From: Pseudomonadota bacterium
GTDB taxonomy: Bacteria > Pseudomonadota > Alphaproteobacteria > Rhizobiales > Tepidamorphaceae
Assembly (NCBI GenBank): GCA_023458595.1
Contig: JAEWYT010000121.1
Coordinates: 2,983-66,982 of the forward strand
Reading direction: 5' to 3'
DNA: 64,000 bases
Made by a program: the position numbers and the translations under genes
Notes under the pieces: model-generated
The model's database searches: none
What the model was told of the DNA's origin: nothing
The model's input: the letters and a program-made list of their open reading frames with translations, nothing else
Shown here: piece by piece, positions 20,648 to 30,020 of the stretch
How the letters are laid out: each line of letters opens with the position of its first letter
Position numbering within the stretch: the stretch's first letter is position 1

Positions 20648-21944
20648 CGGTCTGCTGATCGGCGGGACCGGCTTCGCCGTCACCATCGCGTTGATCATGC
20701 TGGAGGTCCCCGTCGGCGCGGCGATGGGCCTGGTCGGGCTCGCGGGCTGCGCCTGGATCATCGGCACCGGCGGCGTCGCCGCGATCGGCGCGACGACGCT
20801 GTGGGATTCGCTGACCAACTACACGCTGTCCGTCCTGCCCCTTTTCGTGCTGATGGGGAACCTCGCGGCCAAGAGCGGTCTGTCGGGCCGTCTCTACCGT
20901 TCGATGCGTACGCTGATCGGCCACCGCCAGGGCGGTCTCGCGCTCGCCACCATCGGGGCCTCGGCCGGGTTCGGCATGATCTCCGGCTCCTCGCTGGCGA
21001 CCACGGCGACAATGAGCCGTATCGCCATGCCGGAGATGCAGGCTGCCGGCTATACCAAGTCGCTGGCCTCCGGCACGGTCGCCGCCGGCGGGACGCTCGG
21101 CATCCTGATCCCGCCATCCACCGTCCTCGTCATCTATGCGTTTCTCGCCGAGCAGTCGATCAAGAGCCTTCTGCTCGCCACCTTCGGGCCGATCGCGATC
21201 GCCGTCGGGCTCTATTGCCTCGCCGTGTTCCTGCCGCTGCTGTTCGGCTGGGCGACGGCGCCGCGCATCGTGCGGGCCTCGGGCCCGGAGCGTTTGGCGG
21301 CTTTCGGCGATCTGGCGCCGCCGGTGGGCATATTCGCGCTTATCATGGGTGGGCTCTACTCCGGCGTCTTCACAGCCAACGAGACCGCCGCGATCGGCGT
21401 CGGCCTCGTGCTCGTCTACGGTCTTGTCTCCCGCCAGCTCGACATGGCCGGCCTCCTGTCGGCGGCCGCGGACACCGCGCGCACCTGCGGCGCGCTGTAT
21501 CTGGTCGTCATCGGCGCCAATCTCTTCAACTTCTTTCTGGCTCTGAGCGGGCTGCCGTTTTCTCTGACCTCCCTGTTCGGCGATCTCGTCGCCAACCCGA
21601 TCCTGCTGATCGTCGTCATGACGGTTGCCTACCTGCTGCTCGGCAGTCTGATGGATTCACTCGCCATGCTGCTGCTGACGGTACCGCTGTTCGTGCCGAT
21701 CGCGCGGGCCGCGGGCATCGATCTCGTCTGGTTCGGCATCTACGCCGTGATGGTCGTGGAAATGGGTCTGATCACGCCGCCCGTCGGCATGAACCTTTTC
21801 GTGATCAAGGCGAGTTACGGCGACGTCCGCCTCATCGAGATGTGGCGAGGCGTCCTTCCTTTCGTCGTCGCCGATCTCTTCCGCATCGCGATCGTCATCG
21901 CCTTTCCGGCACTCGTTCTCTGGCTGCCGCAACACGCTCACTGA
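20640..21944 (+). CDS. TRAP transporter large permease (DctM family)
   Basis: About 434-aa polytopic ORF starting at MDSGLLIGGTGFAV. DctM-like repeats are present (LFVLMGNLAAKSGLS, GSSLATTATM). The ATG overlaps the dctQ-like stop. Confidence 0.88.
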   Translation: MDSGLLIGGTGFAVTIALIMLEVPVGAAMGLVGLAGCAWIIGTGGVAAIGATTLWDSLTNYTLSVLPLFVLMGNLAAKSGLSGRLYRSMRTLIGHRQGGLALATIGASAGFGMISGSSLATTATMSRIAMPEMQAAGYTKSLASGTVAAGGTLGILIPPSTVLVIYAFLAEQSIKSLLLATFGPIAIAVGLYCLAVFLPLLFGWATAPRIVRASGPERLAAFGDLAPPVGIFALIMGGLYSGVFTANETAAIGVGLVLVYGLVSRQLDMAGLLSAAADTARTCGALYLVVIGANLFNFFLALSGLPFSLTSLFGDLVANPILLIVVMTVAYLLLGSLMDSLAMLLLTVPLFVPIARAAGIDLVWFGIYAVMVVEMGLITPPVGMNLFVIKASYGDVRLIEMWRGVLPFVVADLFRIAIVIAFPALVLWLPQHAH

Positions 21945-21976
21945 CCAACGCCCGCGGGCAACAACAGGAGGAAGCA

Positions 21977-23011
21977 ATGACCGTAGTCACCCGAAGTTTC
22001 AGAAGGGCCGTTCCCGCCGCTCTTGCACTTGCTGCGGCCATCGGTACGGGATTCGCCTCCGGAGCAGATGCGCGTGAGATGCGCGTGTCGAGCTGGGAAC
22101 CCGAGCAGGGCTTCTATTCGAGCAAGGTCATCCAGGCCTGGATCGATCAGATCAATCCGAAACTGAGCGAAGGCGTCTCCTTCAAGCTCTATCCGGGCGC
22201 AATCCTCGGTTCACCGCCCGCCCAGCAGGAACTGGTGCGCAAGGGTGTCGCCGATGTAGCCCTGATCGGCCCGACCTATACGCCCGGCGTCTTTCCTCGG
22301 ACCACTGTCGTCGAGGTCCCCGGCATCGCACCGTCGAGCGCCGCGGGCACGGACGTCCTGCAGACGCTCCTCGACGAGGGCCTGCTCGGCGACGAATACA
22401 AGGACTTCAAGGTCATCGGCCTCTTCTCGACCAGCGGCTACAATCCGTTCATGCACGACCGGCCGGTCAGGATGCCCGAGGACATCAAGGGCATGAAGCT
22501 GCGCACGCCGTCCCAGTTCATGGCGACCTTGCTCGCCATGTTCGGCGCCAGCGGCGTCAGCATGCCCGCGCCGCAGGTCTACGAGTCGCTCGAGCGCAAT
22601 GTCGTCGACGGTGCGATGTGGACGTTCGACGCCTACACGACGTTCCGCCTCTACGAGACCGCACCCAACATCACGATGCTGAAGCTGTCGGCAAACCCGT
22701 TGGCCATCGTGATGAACAAGCAGGTCTACGAGGGCCTCCCGGAACCCGACCGCGCGGCGATCGACTCGCTTTCGGGGCGCGCCTTCGCCGACTGGGTCGC
22801 GCCGATCATCGACGGTTACGACCAGGAGCAGAGCGCCGCGATGTCGAAGAAGGAGGGGGTGACGTTCGTCGTTCCCGACGAAGCGGAGAGCGCGGCCTGG
22901 AAGAAGGCGTACGAAGGCGCGCCGCAAGCCTGGCTGGACTCCCGCAAGGAGCTCGGCATCGACGCCGCGGCTGTCCTCGACAGGGCCCGCGAGATCTCCG
23001 CGAAGCACTAG
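21977..23011 (+). CDS. TRAP transporter solute-binding protein (DctP family)
   Basis: 344 aa with an AGGAGG RBS at 21966-21971, a signal peptide (ALALAAAIGTGFASGADA) and a DctP-like body. Confidence 0.85.
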   Translation: MTVVTRSFRRAVPAALALAAAIGTGFASGADAREMRVSSWEPEQGFYSSKVIQAWIDQINPKLSEGVSFKLYPGAILGSPPAQQELVRKGVADVALIGPTYTPGVFPRTTVVEVPGIAPSSAAGTDVLQTLLDEGLLGDEYKDFKVIGLFSTSGYNPFMHDRPVRMPEDIKGMKLRTPSQFMATLLAMFGASGVSMPAPQVYESLERNVVDGAMWTFDAYTTFRLYETAPNITMLKLSANPLAIVMNKQVYEGLPEPDRAAIDSLSGRAFADWVAPIIDGYDQEQSAAMSKKEGVTFVVPDEAESAAWKKAYEGAPQAWLDSRKELGIDAAAVLDRAREISAKH

Positions 23012-23024
23012 CCAGGGACGAGAA

Positions 23025-23073
23025 GCATGGACAGCCTTCCTGGCCTTCTTGCCGGATCACGGGCTGTCCATGC
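23025..23073. promoter_or_regulatory. 12-bp perfect inverted repeat between the TRAP SBP gene and the dioxygenase gene (terminator or operator candidate)
   Basis: GCATGGACAGCC (23025-23036) pairs with GGCTGTCCATGC (23062-23073), separated by a 25-nt spacer. There is no downstream T-tract. Confidence 0.35.
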
Positions 23074-23168
23074 ATCGGACACCCCCGCATCGGCTCTTCC
23101 CGAACCGGCCGGGCGCGGTAGTGTTTATCGAACGATGGCAAGTCAGCCATGAAACCCGGGAGGCGGTG

Positions 23169-24137
23169 ATGGGCATTATCGCACTTGGATATTTAGGCGT
23201 ACGATCCGACAAGCTCGACGACTGGGGCGAATTCGCCTCGGGCCTTCTCGGCATGCAGCAGGTCGACAGGGCGGGCAAGATCCGCGCCTTCCGCATGGAC
23301 GACCGCAAGCAGCGGCTGGTCGTTTCCGACGAGCCGGGCGACACGCTCGCGTTCCTCGGCTGGGAGGTGGCCGAGAAGGAGGATCTCGATGCTTTCGCCG
23401 CTCTCCTCGAGAGCCGCGGCACGGCGGTGGAAAGAGGAACGCGCGCGCTCGCCGACAAGCGCTTCGTCACCGACCTCATCGTCTTCCGCGATCCGGGCGG
23501 CAACCGGATCGAGTTGTTCTGGGGTCCCATGATCGCCGACGATCCGTTCGTTCCCGGCCGGCCGATCTCCGGCTTCAAGACCGGTCCGCTCGGCATGGGG
23601 CACGCCGTGCTGAAGGTCGACAGCGTCGACGAACTGTTGCCGTTCTATCGCGACGTGCTCGGTTTCCACGTCAGCGACTACGGACTCACGCCCTATGACC
23701 TCTATTTCTTCCATGTGAACGGACGTCACCACAGCTTTGCCATGGCCGCGGTCGGCAATCCGGGCTTCCACCACTTCATGGTCGAGTTCAACAATCTCGA
23801 CGACGTCGGCCAGGGATACGACCTCGCCAATCTCCAGGAAGGGCGCATCGCCTATACGCTCGGGCGCCACACCAACGACTTCATGACCTCCTACTATGCC
23901 CACACGCCGTCGGGCTTTTTCGTCGAGAGCGGCTGGGGCGGCAGGGTGATCGACCCGGCGACCTGGGAGCCGCACGAAACGTTCACCGGACCGAGCTTCT
24001 GGGGACATGAGCGGCTGCATCTGGCGGAGGGGCCGCGGGCGGTCATGCGGCAGATGCGGCTCGACACGGCGGCGGCGGGCCTGCGGGCGCCGCCCGTCGT
24101 CGACTGTCCGTGGCTCTACCAGCAGATCAAGAAGTAG
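23169..24137 (+). CDS. Type I extradiol ring-cleavage dioxygenase (vicinal oxygen chelate; BphC/catechol 2,3-dioxygenase-like)
   Basis: 322 aa, two-domain VOC architecture (LGYLGVRSDKLDDW...; GMGHAVLKVDSVDELLPFY; HHSFAM; FHHFMVEF). Confidence 0.85.
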   Translation: MGIIALGYLGVRSDKLDDWGEFASGLLGMQQVDRAGKIRAFRMDDRKQRLVVSDEPGDTLAFLGWEVAEKEDLDAFAALLESRGTAVERGTRALADKRFVTDLIVFRDPGGNRIELFWGPMIADDPFVPGRPISGFKTGPLGMGHAVLKVDSVDELLPFYRDVLGFHVSDYGLTPYDLYFFHVNGRHHSFAMAAVGNPGFHHFMVEFNNLDDVGQGYDLANLQEGRIAYTLGRHTNDFMTSYYAHTPSGFFVESGWGGRVIDPATWEPHETFTGPSFWGHERLHLAEGPRAVMRQMRLDTAAAGLRAPPVVDCPWLYQQIKK

Positions 24138-24233
24138 GACGGCAACACGGGCCGACCTGGCACGGCGGCGGAGGTCGCCGTTCCCCCGGGGTCGGGCGAA
24201 TCCAAGAACCGAGACCCGCTACAGGGACATGCA

Positions 24234-25778
24234 ATGAACGGAATCGACCAGATCGAAGAGCCGCTCTACGACGTCGTCGTCATCGGCCTCGGGCCGGCCG
24301 GGGCGACCTTGGCGAGTCTCCTCGGCCTCTGCGGCTTGTCGACATTGGTTCTCGAGCGCGAGGCGGAGACGTTTCACCTGCCGCGCGCCGTCGGCTTCGA
24401 CGACGAGGCGATGCGCGTCTTCCAGACGATCGGTCTCGCCGACGAGATCGCGAGCACCACGCGGCTCAATCCGGGCATGCGGTTTGTCGATACCGGGGGC
24501 GAGCAGATCCTGATCTGGCCGCGCCCGGCCGTGATAGGACCGAACGGCTGGTACTCGGCCTACCGCTTCCACCAGCCCGAGCTCGAGGCGCTGCTGCGCC
24601 GGGGCCTTGCCCGGTTTCCGAGCGTCGAGGTGCGCACCCGTGCCGATGTCTTTGCTTTCGACGAGGAGGCCGAGTGGGTGCGCGTGCGCTACGAGGACCT
24701 CGACTCCGGCCGGCTCGCGAGCAGCCGGGGGCGTTACGTGGTCGGCTGCGACGGCGCTCGCTCGCTGGTGCGCCGTTTCGTCGGCTCCTCGATGGACGAC
24801 CTCGGCTTCCACGAGCGCTGGCTGATCGTCGACGTGGTGCTGAAGACGCCGAAGCCCGAACTCGGCGACTACACGGTGCAGTTCTGCGATCCGCATCGCC
24901 CCGCTACCTACGTGCGCGGTCTCGGCGACCGCCGCCGCTGGGAGATCACGGTCCGTCCGGAAGAGGACTCCCGCGAGATGGTGCGCCCGGACGCCGTGTG
25001 GGGAGTATTGAGCCCCTGGCTCGGACGGGACGAGGCCGAGCTCGAACGGGCGACCGTCTACACGTTCCACTCCGCCGTAGCCCAGGTTTGGCGGCATGAC
25101 CGGCTGCTCCTCGCCGGCGATGCCGCCCATCAGACGCCCCCCTTCCTGGGCCAGGGCATGTGCGCCGGAATCCGCGATGCCGCCAATCTCGCCTGGAAGC
25201 TGGAACGCGTCATTCGCGGCAAGGCGCCGGATACGCTGCTGGATACCTACGAAAGCGAGCGTTCGCCGAACGTGCGGGAATACATCAGGACTGCCGTCCG
25301 CCTCGGCGGCCTGATCAACACGCGCGATCCGGAAGCCGCGCTCACGGCGGCATTTCGAGACGCGGACGGCTCGGCTTTCATCGAGACGATCCAGCCGCGC
25401 CTTGGACCCGGCTGCTTCGCTGACCGCGGCGATCTGCGCGGCCGCCCCGCCGCGCAGCCCAGGCTCGGCGACGGCCGCCTGCTCGACGACCATGTCGGCT
25501 ACGCATTCGTGCTACTCGCCAATGACGGGTTCTGGCGAGGCGTTCCCCCCGATATAAGGGATGCCTTCGTAGGGGACGGTGTCTCGGTCGTGACCGATGC
25601 CGGCAATCCCGAACTCGCGGCGTGGCTCGAACAGGTGAATGCCGAGGCGGTGCTCGTCCGTCCCGATCGCTATGTGGCCGGAACGGCGGGCGCCGTCTCG
25701 GATCTCCGCGACCTTTCCGGTGTTCTCGCATCACAGAATCCGCGCTCGCGCGCAGCAGGTGTTAAGGAGACGATATGA
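24234..25778 (+). CDS. FAD-dependent aromatic hydroxylase (MhpA / PheA-TfdB-like class A flavoprotein monooxygenase)
   Basis: 514 aa with GLGPAG dinucleotide fold, DGARSLVR motif and LAGDAAHQTPPFLGQGMCAGIRDAANLAWKL motif. Confidence 0.85.
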   Translation: MNGIDQIEEPLYDVVVIGLGPAGATLASLLGLCGLSTLVLEREAETFHLPRAVGFDDEAMRVFQTIGLADEIASTTRLNPGMRFVDTGGEQILIWPRPAVIGPNGWYSAYRFHQPELEALLRRGLARFPSVEVRTRADVFAFDEEAEWVRVRYEDLDSGRLASSRGRYVVGCDGARSLVRRFVGSSMDDLGFHERWLIVDVVLKTPKPELGDYTVQFCDPHRPATYVRGLGDRRRWEITVRPEEDSREMVRPDAVWGVLSPWLGRDEAELERATVYTFHSAVAQVWRHDRLLLAGDAAHQTPPFLGQGMCAGIRDAANLAWKLERVIRGKAPDTLLDTYESERSPNVREYIRTAVRLGGLINTRDPEAALTAAFRDADGSAFIETIQPRLGPGCFADRGDLRGRPAAQPRLGDGRLLDDHVGYAFVLLANDGFWRGVPPDIRDAFVGDGVSVVTDAGNPELAAWLEQVNAEAVLVRPDRYVAGTAGAVSDLRDLSGVLASQNPRSRAAGVKETI

Positions 25779-26620
25779 AGCTTTGTTCGTTCGGTGCCGA
25801 TGGCCGGTCCAGCTTCGGGCTGGTCACCGATGGGGGGATCGTCGATCTTGGCCGACGCTTTCCGGGTGTTGCGAGCCTGAGGGCCTTTCTCGCCGACGAT
25901 GGACTTGCCAAGGCGAAGGCCTTCGCCGGCGACACGGCCGCCGACTACGCGCTCGACGCGGTCACCTTCGAGCCGGTCATCACCGATCCCGACAAGATCG
26001 TCTGCATCGGCCTGAATTACCGGGACCACGTGGCCGAAACGGGCCGCACCGTCACCGAGAAGCCGGTCCTGTTTTCCCGCTATCCGGGCAGCCAGATCGG
26101 CCACGGCCAGCCCATGGTCAAGCCGCTTGAGTCCGACGAGTTCGACTACGAGGGCGAACTCGCCGTCATCATCGGCAAGCGCGGCAGGCGGATCCCGGAG
26201 GCGGACGCGCTGTCCTACGTCGCGGGCTACTCCTGCTACAACGACGGCAGCGTGCGCGACTGGCAGCGCCATACGTCGCAGTTTCTGCCCGGCAAGACCT
26301 TCGCCGGAACCGGCGGCATCGGCCCCTGGATGGTGACGGCCGACGAGATCCCCGACCCCACGAAGCTCACGCTGACGACGCGGCTGAACGGGCAGGTGGT
26401 GCAGAACACCACGACCGACCTGATGATCACGCCGATCCCTGCGCTGATCGCCTACATTTCGACGATCTTGCCGGTCGAAGTCGGCGATGTCATCGTGTCC
26501 GGCACCCCGGGCGGCGTCGGCGCGCGGCGCAACCCGCCGCTTTGGATGAAGGCCGGGGACACCGTCGAGGTGGAGATCAGCTCGATCGGCTGTCTCAGCA
26601 ACCCGGTGGTGAACGAGTAG
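25775..26620 (+). CDS. Fumarylacetoacetate hydrolase (FAH) family hydrolase/isomerase
   Basis: 281 aa. The FAH C-terminal fold motifs are present (IVCIGLNYRDH, DYEGELAVIIGK, GTPGGVG). ATGA overlap with the hydroxylase gene. Confidence 0.85.
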   Translation: MKLCSFGADGRSSFGLVTDGGIVDLGRRFPGVASLRAFLADDGLAKAKAFAGDTAADYALDAVTFEPVITDPDKIVCIGLNYRDHVAETGRTVTEKPVLFSRYPGSQIGHGQPMVKPLESDEFDYEGELAVIIGKRGRRIPEADALSYVAGYSCYNDGSVRDWQRHTSQFLPGKTFAGTGGIGPWMVTADEIPDPTKLTLTTRLNGQVVQNTTTDLMITPIPALIAYISTILPVEVGDVIVSGTPGGVGARRNPPLWMKAGDTVEVEISSIGCLSNPVVNE

Positions 26621-26698
26621 GATCGACGGCGGCCGGGCTCGCTGTGCGGCCGCCTGCGCCGCCCGCGGCACAGGCGCGAGCCCGGGCAGGGACGGCGG

Positions 26699-27493
26699 TT
26701 GAGCGGAGAGAGGCGCACGAGCGATCCGAAGGGCGACAGCGTCCGGTCCCTGCGTCGCGGGCTGGCGATCCTTCGGTACGTGAATTCGGTCCGCTCCACC
26801 AATCCGGCCGAGATCGCCTCGGTCCTCGATATTCCGCGCTCCACCGTCTACCGTCTGCTCCAGACGCTCGAGGAAGACGGCTATGTCCGCTACTCGAGTT
26901 CCGACAACCGGGTGCGCGTCGCGCGGCTGGCGGCCTCGCTCGGCGACAGCTACGTCGCGACGACCGACGTTTGCCACGTGGCGGGACCGATCTTCGGGGA
27001 GTACGGGCCGAAGCTCGTCTGGCCACTCGATCTCAGCGTCTACGAGGACGCGGCGATGGTCGTCGAGGAGACGACCCATCCGCGCAGTCCGCTTTCGGTC
27101 GATCGGGGCATGATCGGCTCCAGGCTCCCGGTCCTGCGAACCTCCGCGGGACGGGTGTATCTTGCCCACTGCAGCGAACGGGAGCGTTCGATCATAGTCG
27201 AGCAGATCCGCCGCCTCGGCGACCCGAAGGATGCGTCCTACCTGACGGATCGATATCTGAACCCGATGCTGGCGGAAGCCGCACGGCGCGGATACGCGGT
27301 CCGGGCCGAGAGCAGCCTGCATCCCAAGACGGCAAGCGTCGCCGTGCCCGTGGTCGTCGACAGGTCGGTACGGGCGACCGTCTCGATGATATGGATCCGC
27401 TCCGCCATGGATCTGGAGACGTCGATCGCGACCTACGTCCCCGCGCTTCAGGAGATTGCCGCCACGATCGCCGAGGCCGCCGCGCGAAGCTAG
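26699..27493 (+). CDS. IclR family transcriptional regulator
   Basis: 264 aa with an N-terminal wHTH (SLRRGLAILRYVNS...EIASVLDIPRSTVYRLLQTLEEDGYV) and an IclR effector domain. The start appears to be TTG, since no in-frame ATG lies nearby. Confidence 0.8.
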   Translation: MSGERRTSDPKGDSVRSLRRGLAILRYVNSVRSTNPAEIASVLDIPRSTVYRLLQTLEEDGYVRYSSSDNRVRVARLAASLGDSYVATTDVCHVAGPIFGEYGPKLVWPLDLSVYEDAAMVVEETTHPRSPLSVDRGMIGSRLPVLRTSAGRVYLAHCSERERSIIVEQIRRLGDPKDASYLTDRYLNPMLAEAARRGYAVRAESSLHPKTASVAVPVVVDRSVRATVSMIWIRSAMDLETSIATYVPALQEIAATIAEAAARS

Positions 27494-28986
27494 TGAACGG
27501 CGGCGTACATGATCTTCTCCTCTGTCGCCTCGATGGGCGACAGCTCCTCCACGATCCGCCCCTGCCGGCAGACGAGGATCCGGTCCGACAGGTTCATGAT
27601 CTCCGGCAGGTACGAGGAGATCATCACGACCGCGAGGCCCTCGTCGGCGAGAGCCTTTATGGTTTCGTGGATCTCGGCGATGGCCGCGACGTCGACGCCG
27701 CGCGTCGGCTCGTCGAAGATCACCATGCGCGGCCTCTGGACCAGGCCCTTGCCGATCACGACCTTTTGCTGGTTGCCGCCCGACAGTTCCACGACGCGCG
27801 CGTCGGCGTTGATCGTCTTGATGTTGAGCCGGCCGGTCCATTCCTCCGCGAGGTCGCGGATCGCGCGGGTGCGGATGACGAGCCCCTCCTCGCGCCCCGC
27901 CGCCAGGAGGCCGCCGAACAGGTTCTCGCCGATCGACATCGTCTCGAAGATGCCTTCGGACTTGCGGTCCTCGGTCACGTAGGCGATGCCGTCGCGCACG
28001 GCCTCGGCGGGCGTGTAGTAGCGCACCGGCTGATCGTCGAGCGCGATCGCGCCGCCGCGCAGGAAGTCCCGCTTGTAGATTCCGGCGACGATCTTGAACG
28101 TCTCGGTCCGGCCTGAGCCGATCAGCCCGAAAACCCCCGTGATCTGTCCTTCGAACACGGAAAAGGACGTGTTGCGGACCATGTTGCCCATCGAGATGTC
28201 CTGCACCGAAAGCACCTTGCGGCCCGGCTTGCGCAGATGGGTCACGTCGCGCTTCGAGTAGAGCTCCCCGGACAGCGTCCGGCCGACCATCGCGGCGATG
28301 ATCTTCTCGCGGTCGAAACCCGAGGTCGGGCCGGTGGCCACCAGTTCGCCGTCGCGCAGTATGGTGATGCGGTCGGAGATCATCAGCGCTTCCTCCAGCG
28401 CATGGCTGATGAAGACGATCGACACGCCGCGCGCCTTCAGCCGGCGCAGGAGCGCGAAGAAGTGGCGCTTCTCCTCCGGCGTCAGCGAGGCCGTCGGTTC
28501 GTCGAAGATGATGACGCGGGCTTCGTGATGCACGGCCCGGGCGATCTCGATCATTTGCCGCTTGGCGGCTCCGAGCGTCTCGACCATCGCCGTCGGGTCG
28601 ACCGGGAAGTTCAGCGACTGCAGGAACTGCTGCGCGGAGATGTAGATGCCGCGCAGGCGGTTCAGGAAGTTCTCCGAACCGAGATAGAGGTTCTGCGCGA
28701 CCGTCATCGACGGCACCAGGCTCGTCTCCTGGAACACCATTGCGATCCCCGCCTGCAGCGCCTCGTGGGGCGTCGCGAACTGCACCTCCGCGCCGCGATA
28801 GGTCATCCGCCCGGCCGTCGGCTCCACGACGCCGGCCATCACCTTCGTCAGCGTCGACTTGCCCGCGCCGTTCTCGCCGAGGAGCGCATGGATCTCGCCC
28901 TCGTTGAGGTCGAAATCGACGTCCTTGACCGCCGGCACGCTGCGGTAGGCCTTGGTGATGCGCTCCATGCGCACGATCGGGTCCAT
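27490..28986 (-). CDS. Sugar-type ABC transporter ATP-binding protein with duplicated ABC domains (RbsA/MglA-like)
   Basis: 498 aa with two Walker A / signature sets (GENGAGKST ... LSGGNQQKVVIG). GGAGGTGA RBS. The ATG shares one base with the upstream gene's stop (TGATG). Confidence 0.9.
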   Translation of the reverse strand: MDPIVRMERITKAYRSVPAVKDVDFDLNEGEIHALLGENGAGKSTLTKVMAGVVEPTAGRMTYRGAEVQFATPHEALQAGIAMVFQETSLVPSMTVAQNLYLGSENFLNRLRGIYISAQQFLQSLNFPVDPTAMVETLGAAKRQMIEIARAVHHEARVIIFDEPTASLTPEEKRHFFALLRRLKARGVSIVFISHALEEALMISDRITILRDGELVATGPTSGFDREKIIAAMVGRTLSGELYSKRDVTHLRKPGRKVLSVQDISMGNMVRNTSFSVFEGQITGVFGLIGSGRTETFKIVAGIYKRDFLRGGAIALDDQPVRYYTPAEAVRDGIAYVTEDRKSEGIFETMSIGENLFGGLLAAGREEGLVIRTRAIRDLAEEWTGRLNIKTINADARVVELSGGNQQKVVIGKGLVQRPRMVIFDEPTRGVDVAAIAEIHETIKALADEGLAVVMISSYLPEIMNLSDRILVCRQGRIVEELSPIEATEEKIMYAAVH

Positions 28987-30020
28987 CACGTCACCTCCGG
29001 CGCCAGGATGCCGTCGCCGCCCTTCGAGGCGACGAGGAGCCGTCCGTCCGCCTCGATCGCGCTCGTCGTTCCGTGGCGGATGCCGTTCGCCCGGCTGTGC
29101 AGGCTGAAGACCGGGAGGAAGTTGGCGTCGAGCTTCGCGACGAGGCCGAACGACGTGCTGGGCGCCCAGGCCTTGTGCACGCCCATCGTCCGGATGCCGC
29201 CGCATTGCAGCGGCTCGAGGAAGCTGCGCCCCGACGACAGCGCCGGCGCGATCCAGAACTCGCGCGGCACTTCGGCCATCATGTCGTGCCGGTAGAGGGT
29301 TTCCTGAAGCACGAGTTCGATCAGCCGGTTGCGCGGCGCGAAGATCGAAAGCCACGCTCCGCCGTCGGCGGCGGGCGAAATCCGCGCCGGGTAGCCCGGC
29401 AGGTGAGTGAGGAGCGGATCCACGCCGTCGAGACCGACCCGCACGAGCCGGTGCCGCCAGCACTCGCTGACGAGCGCCGCCTCGCCCGTGGGGAGGATTC
29501 CGTAGGGCCATTCGAGGCCCTTGGCGATGCCCTTGAACCCTTCGCCCTTCCGCCGGTACCAGACCGAGCCGTTGGCGTTCTTCTCCATGAGATCGGCGGC
29601 CCAGCCGGAAGCCGGGTGGCGGTCGGAGCCGTTGGCAAGCCACAGCGACCCGTCGGATCCGTAGGCGAGGGCGGTGATGCAGGACACGCCCTTCGGTAGC
29701 TCGGCCGGCCTTCCGCCTTCGATCAGCGTTCCATCGTCGAGGGCGACGGCGAGCGTTCCCTCCGGCGCGGCTGCGACCGCCGTGATCTCTGCAGGAAAGG
29801 TCTCGACGAGGTCCGGCGGGGCGCCGTCCCTCACGGCGTAGAGGCGAGCGCCGCTCGTCGCGAGCAGGCGGCCGCCGGCCTTGCACAGATTGTCGGCCGC
29901 GGGCAGGTGGGCGACGACGGCCGCCTCGTCGAGTGCCGTATTCGCGCGGAACGCGCCGTCCAGCGGGGGGATCGTGACCGCCTTGCCGCGGAAGATGTCG
30001 AGGATCGGGTCGAAGATCAT
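28986..30020 (-). CDS. Stand-alone strictosidine-synthase/SMP-30-like beta-propeller protein, no signal peptide
   Basis: 344 aa starting at MIFDPILDIF. Propeller-like blades are present (ALAYGSDGSLWLANG, EWPYGILPTGEAALVSECWRHRLVRV, PGYPARISPAADGGAWLSIF). It parallels the C-terminal domain of the upstream fusion protein. Confidence 0.65.
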   Translation of the reverse strand: MIFDPILDIFRGKAVTIPPLDGAFRANTALDEAAVVAHLPAADNLCKAGGRLLATSGARLYAVRDGAPPDLVETFPAEITAVAAAPEGTLAVALDDGTLIEGGRPAELPKGVSCITALAYGSDGSLWLANGSDRHPASGWAADLMEKNANGSVWYRRKGEGFKGIAKGLEWPYGILPTGEAALVSECWRHRLVRVGLDGVDPLLTHLPGYPARISPAADGGAWLSIFAPRNRLIELVLQETLYRHDMMAEVPREFWIAPALSSGRSFLEPLQCGGIRTMGVHKAWAPSTSFGLVAKLDANFLPVFSLHSRANGIRHGTTSAIEADGRLLVASKGGDGILAPEVT

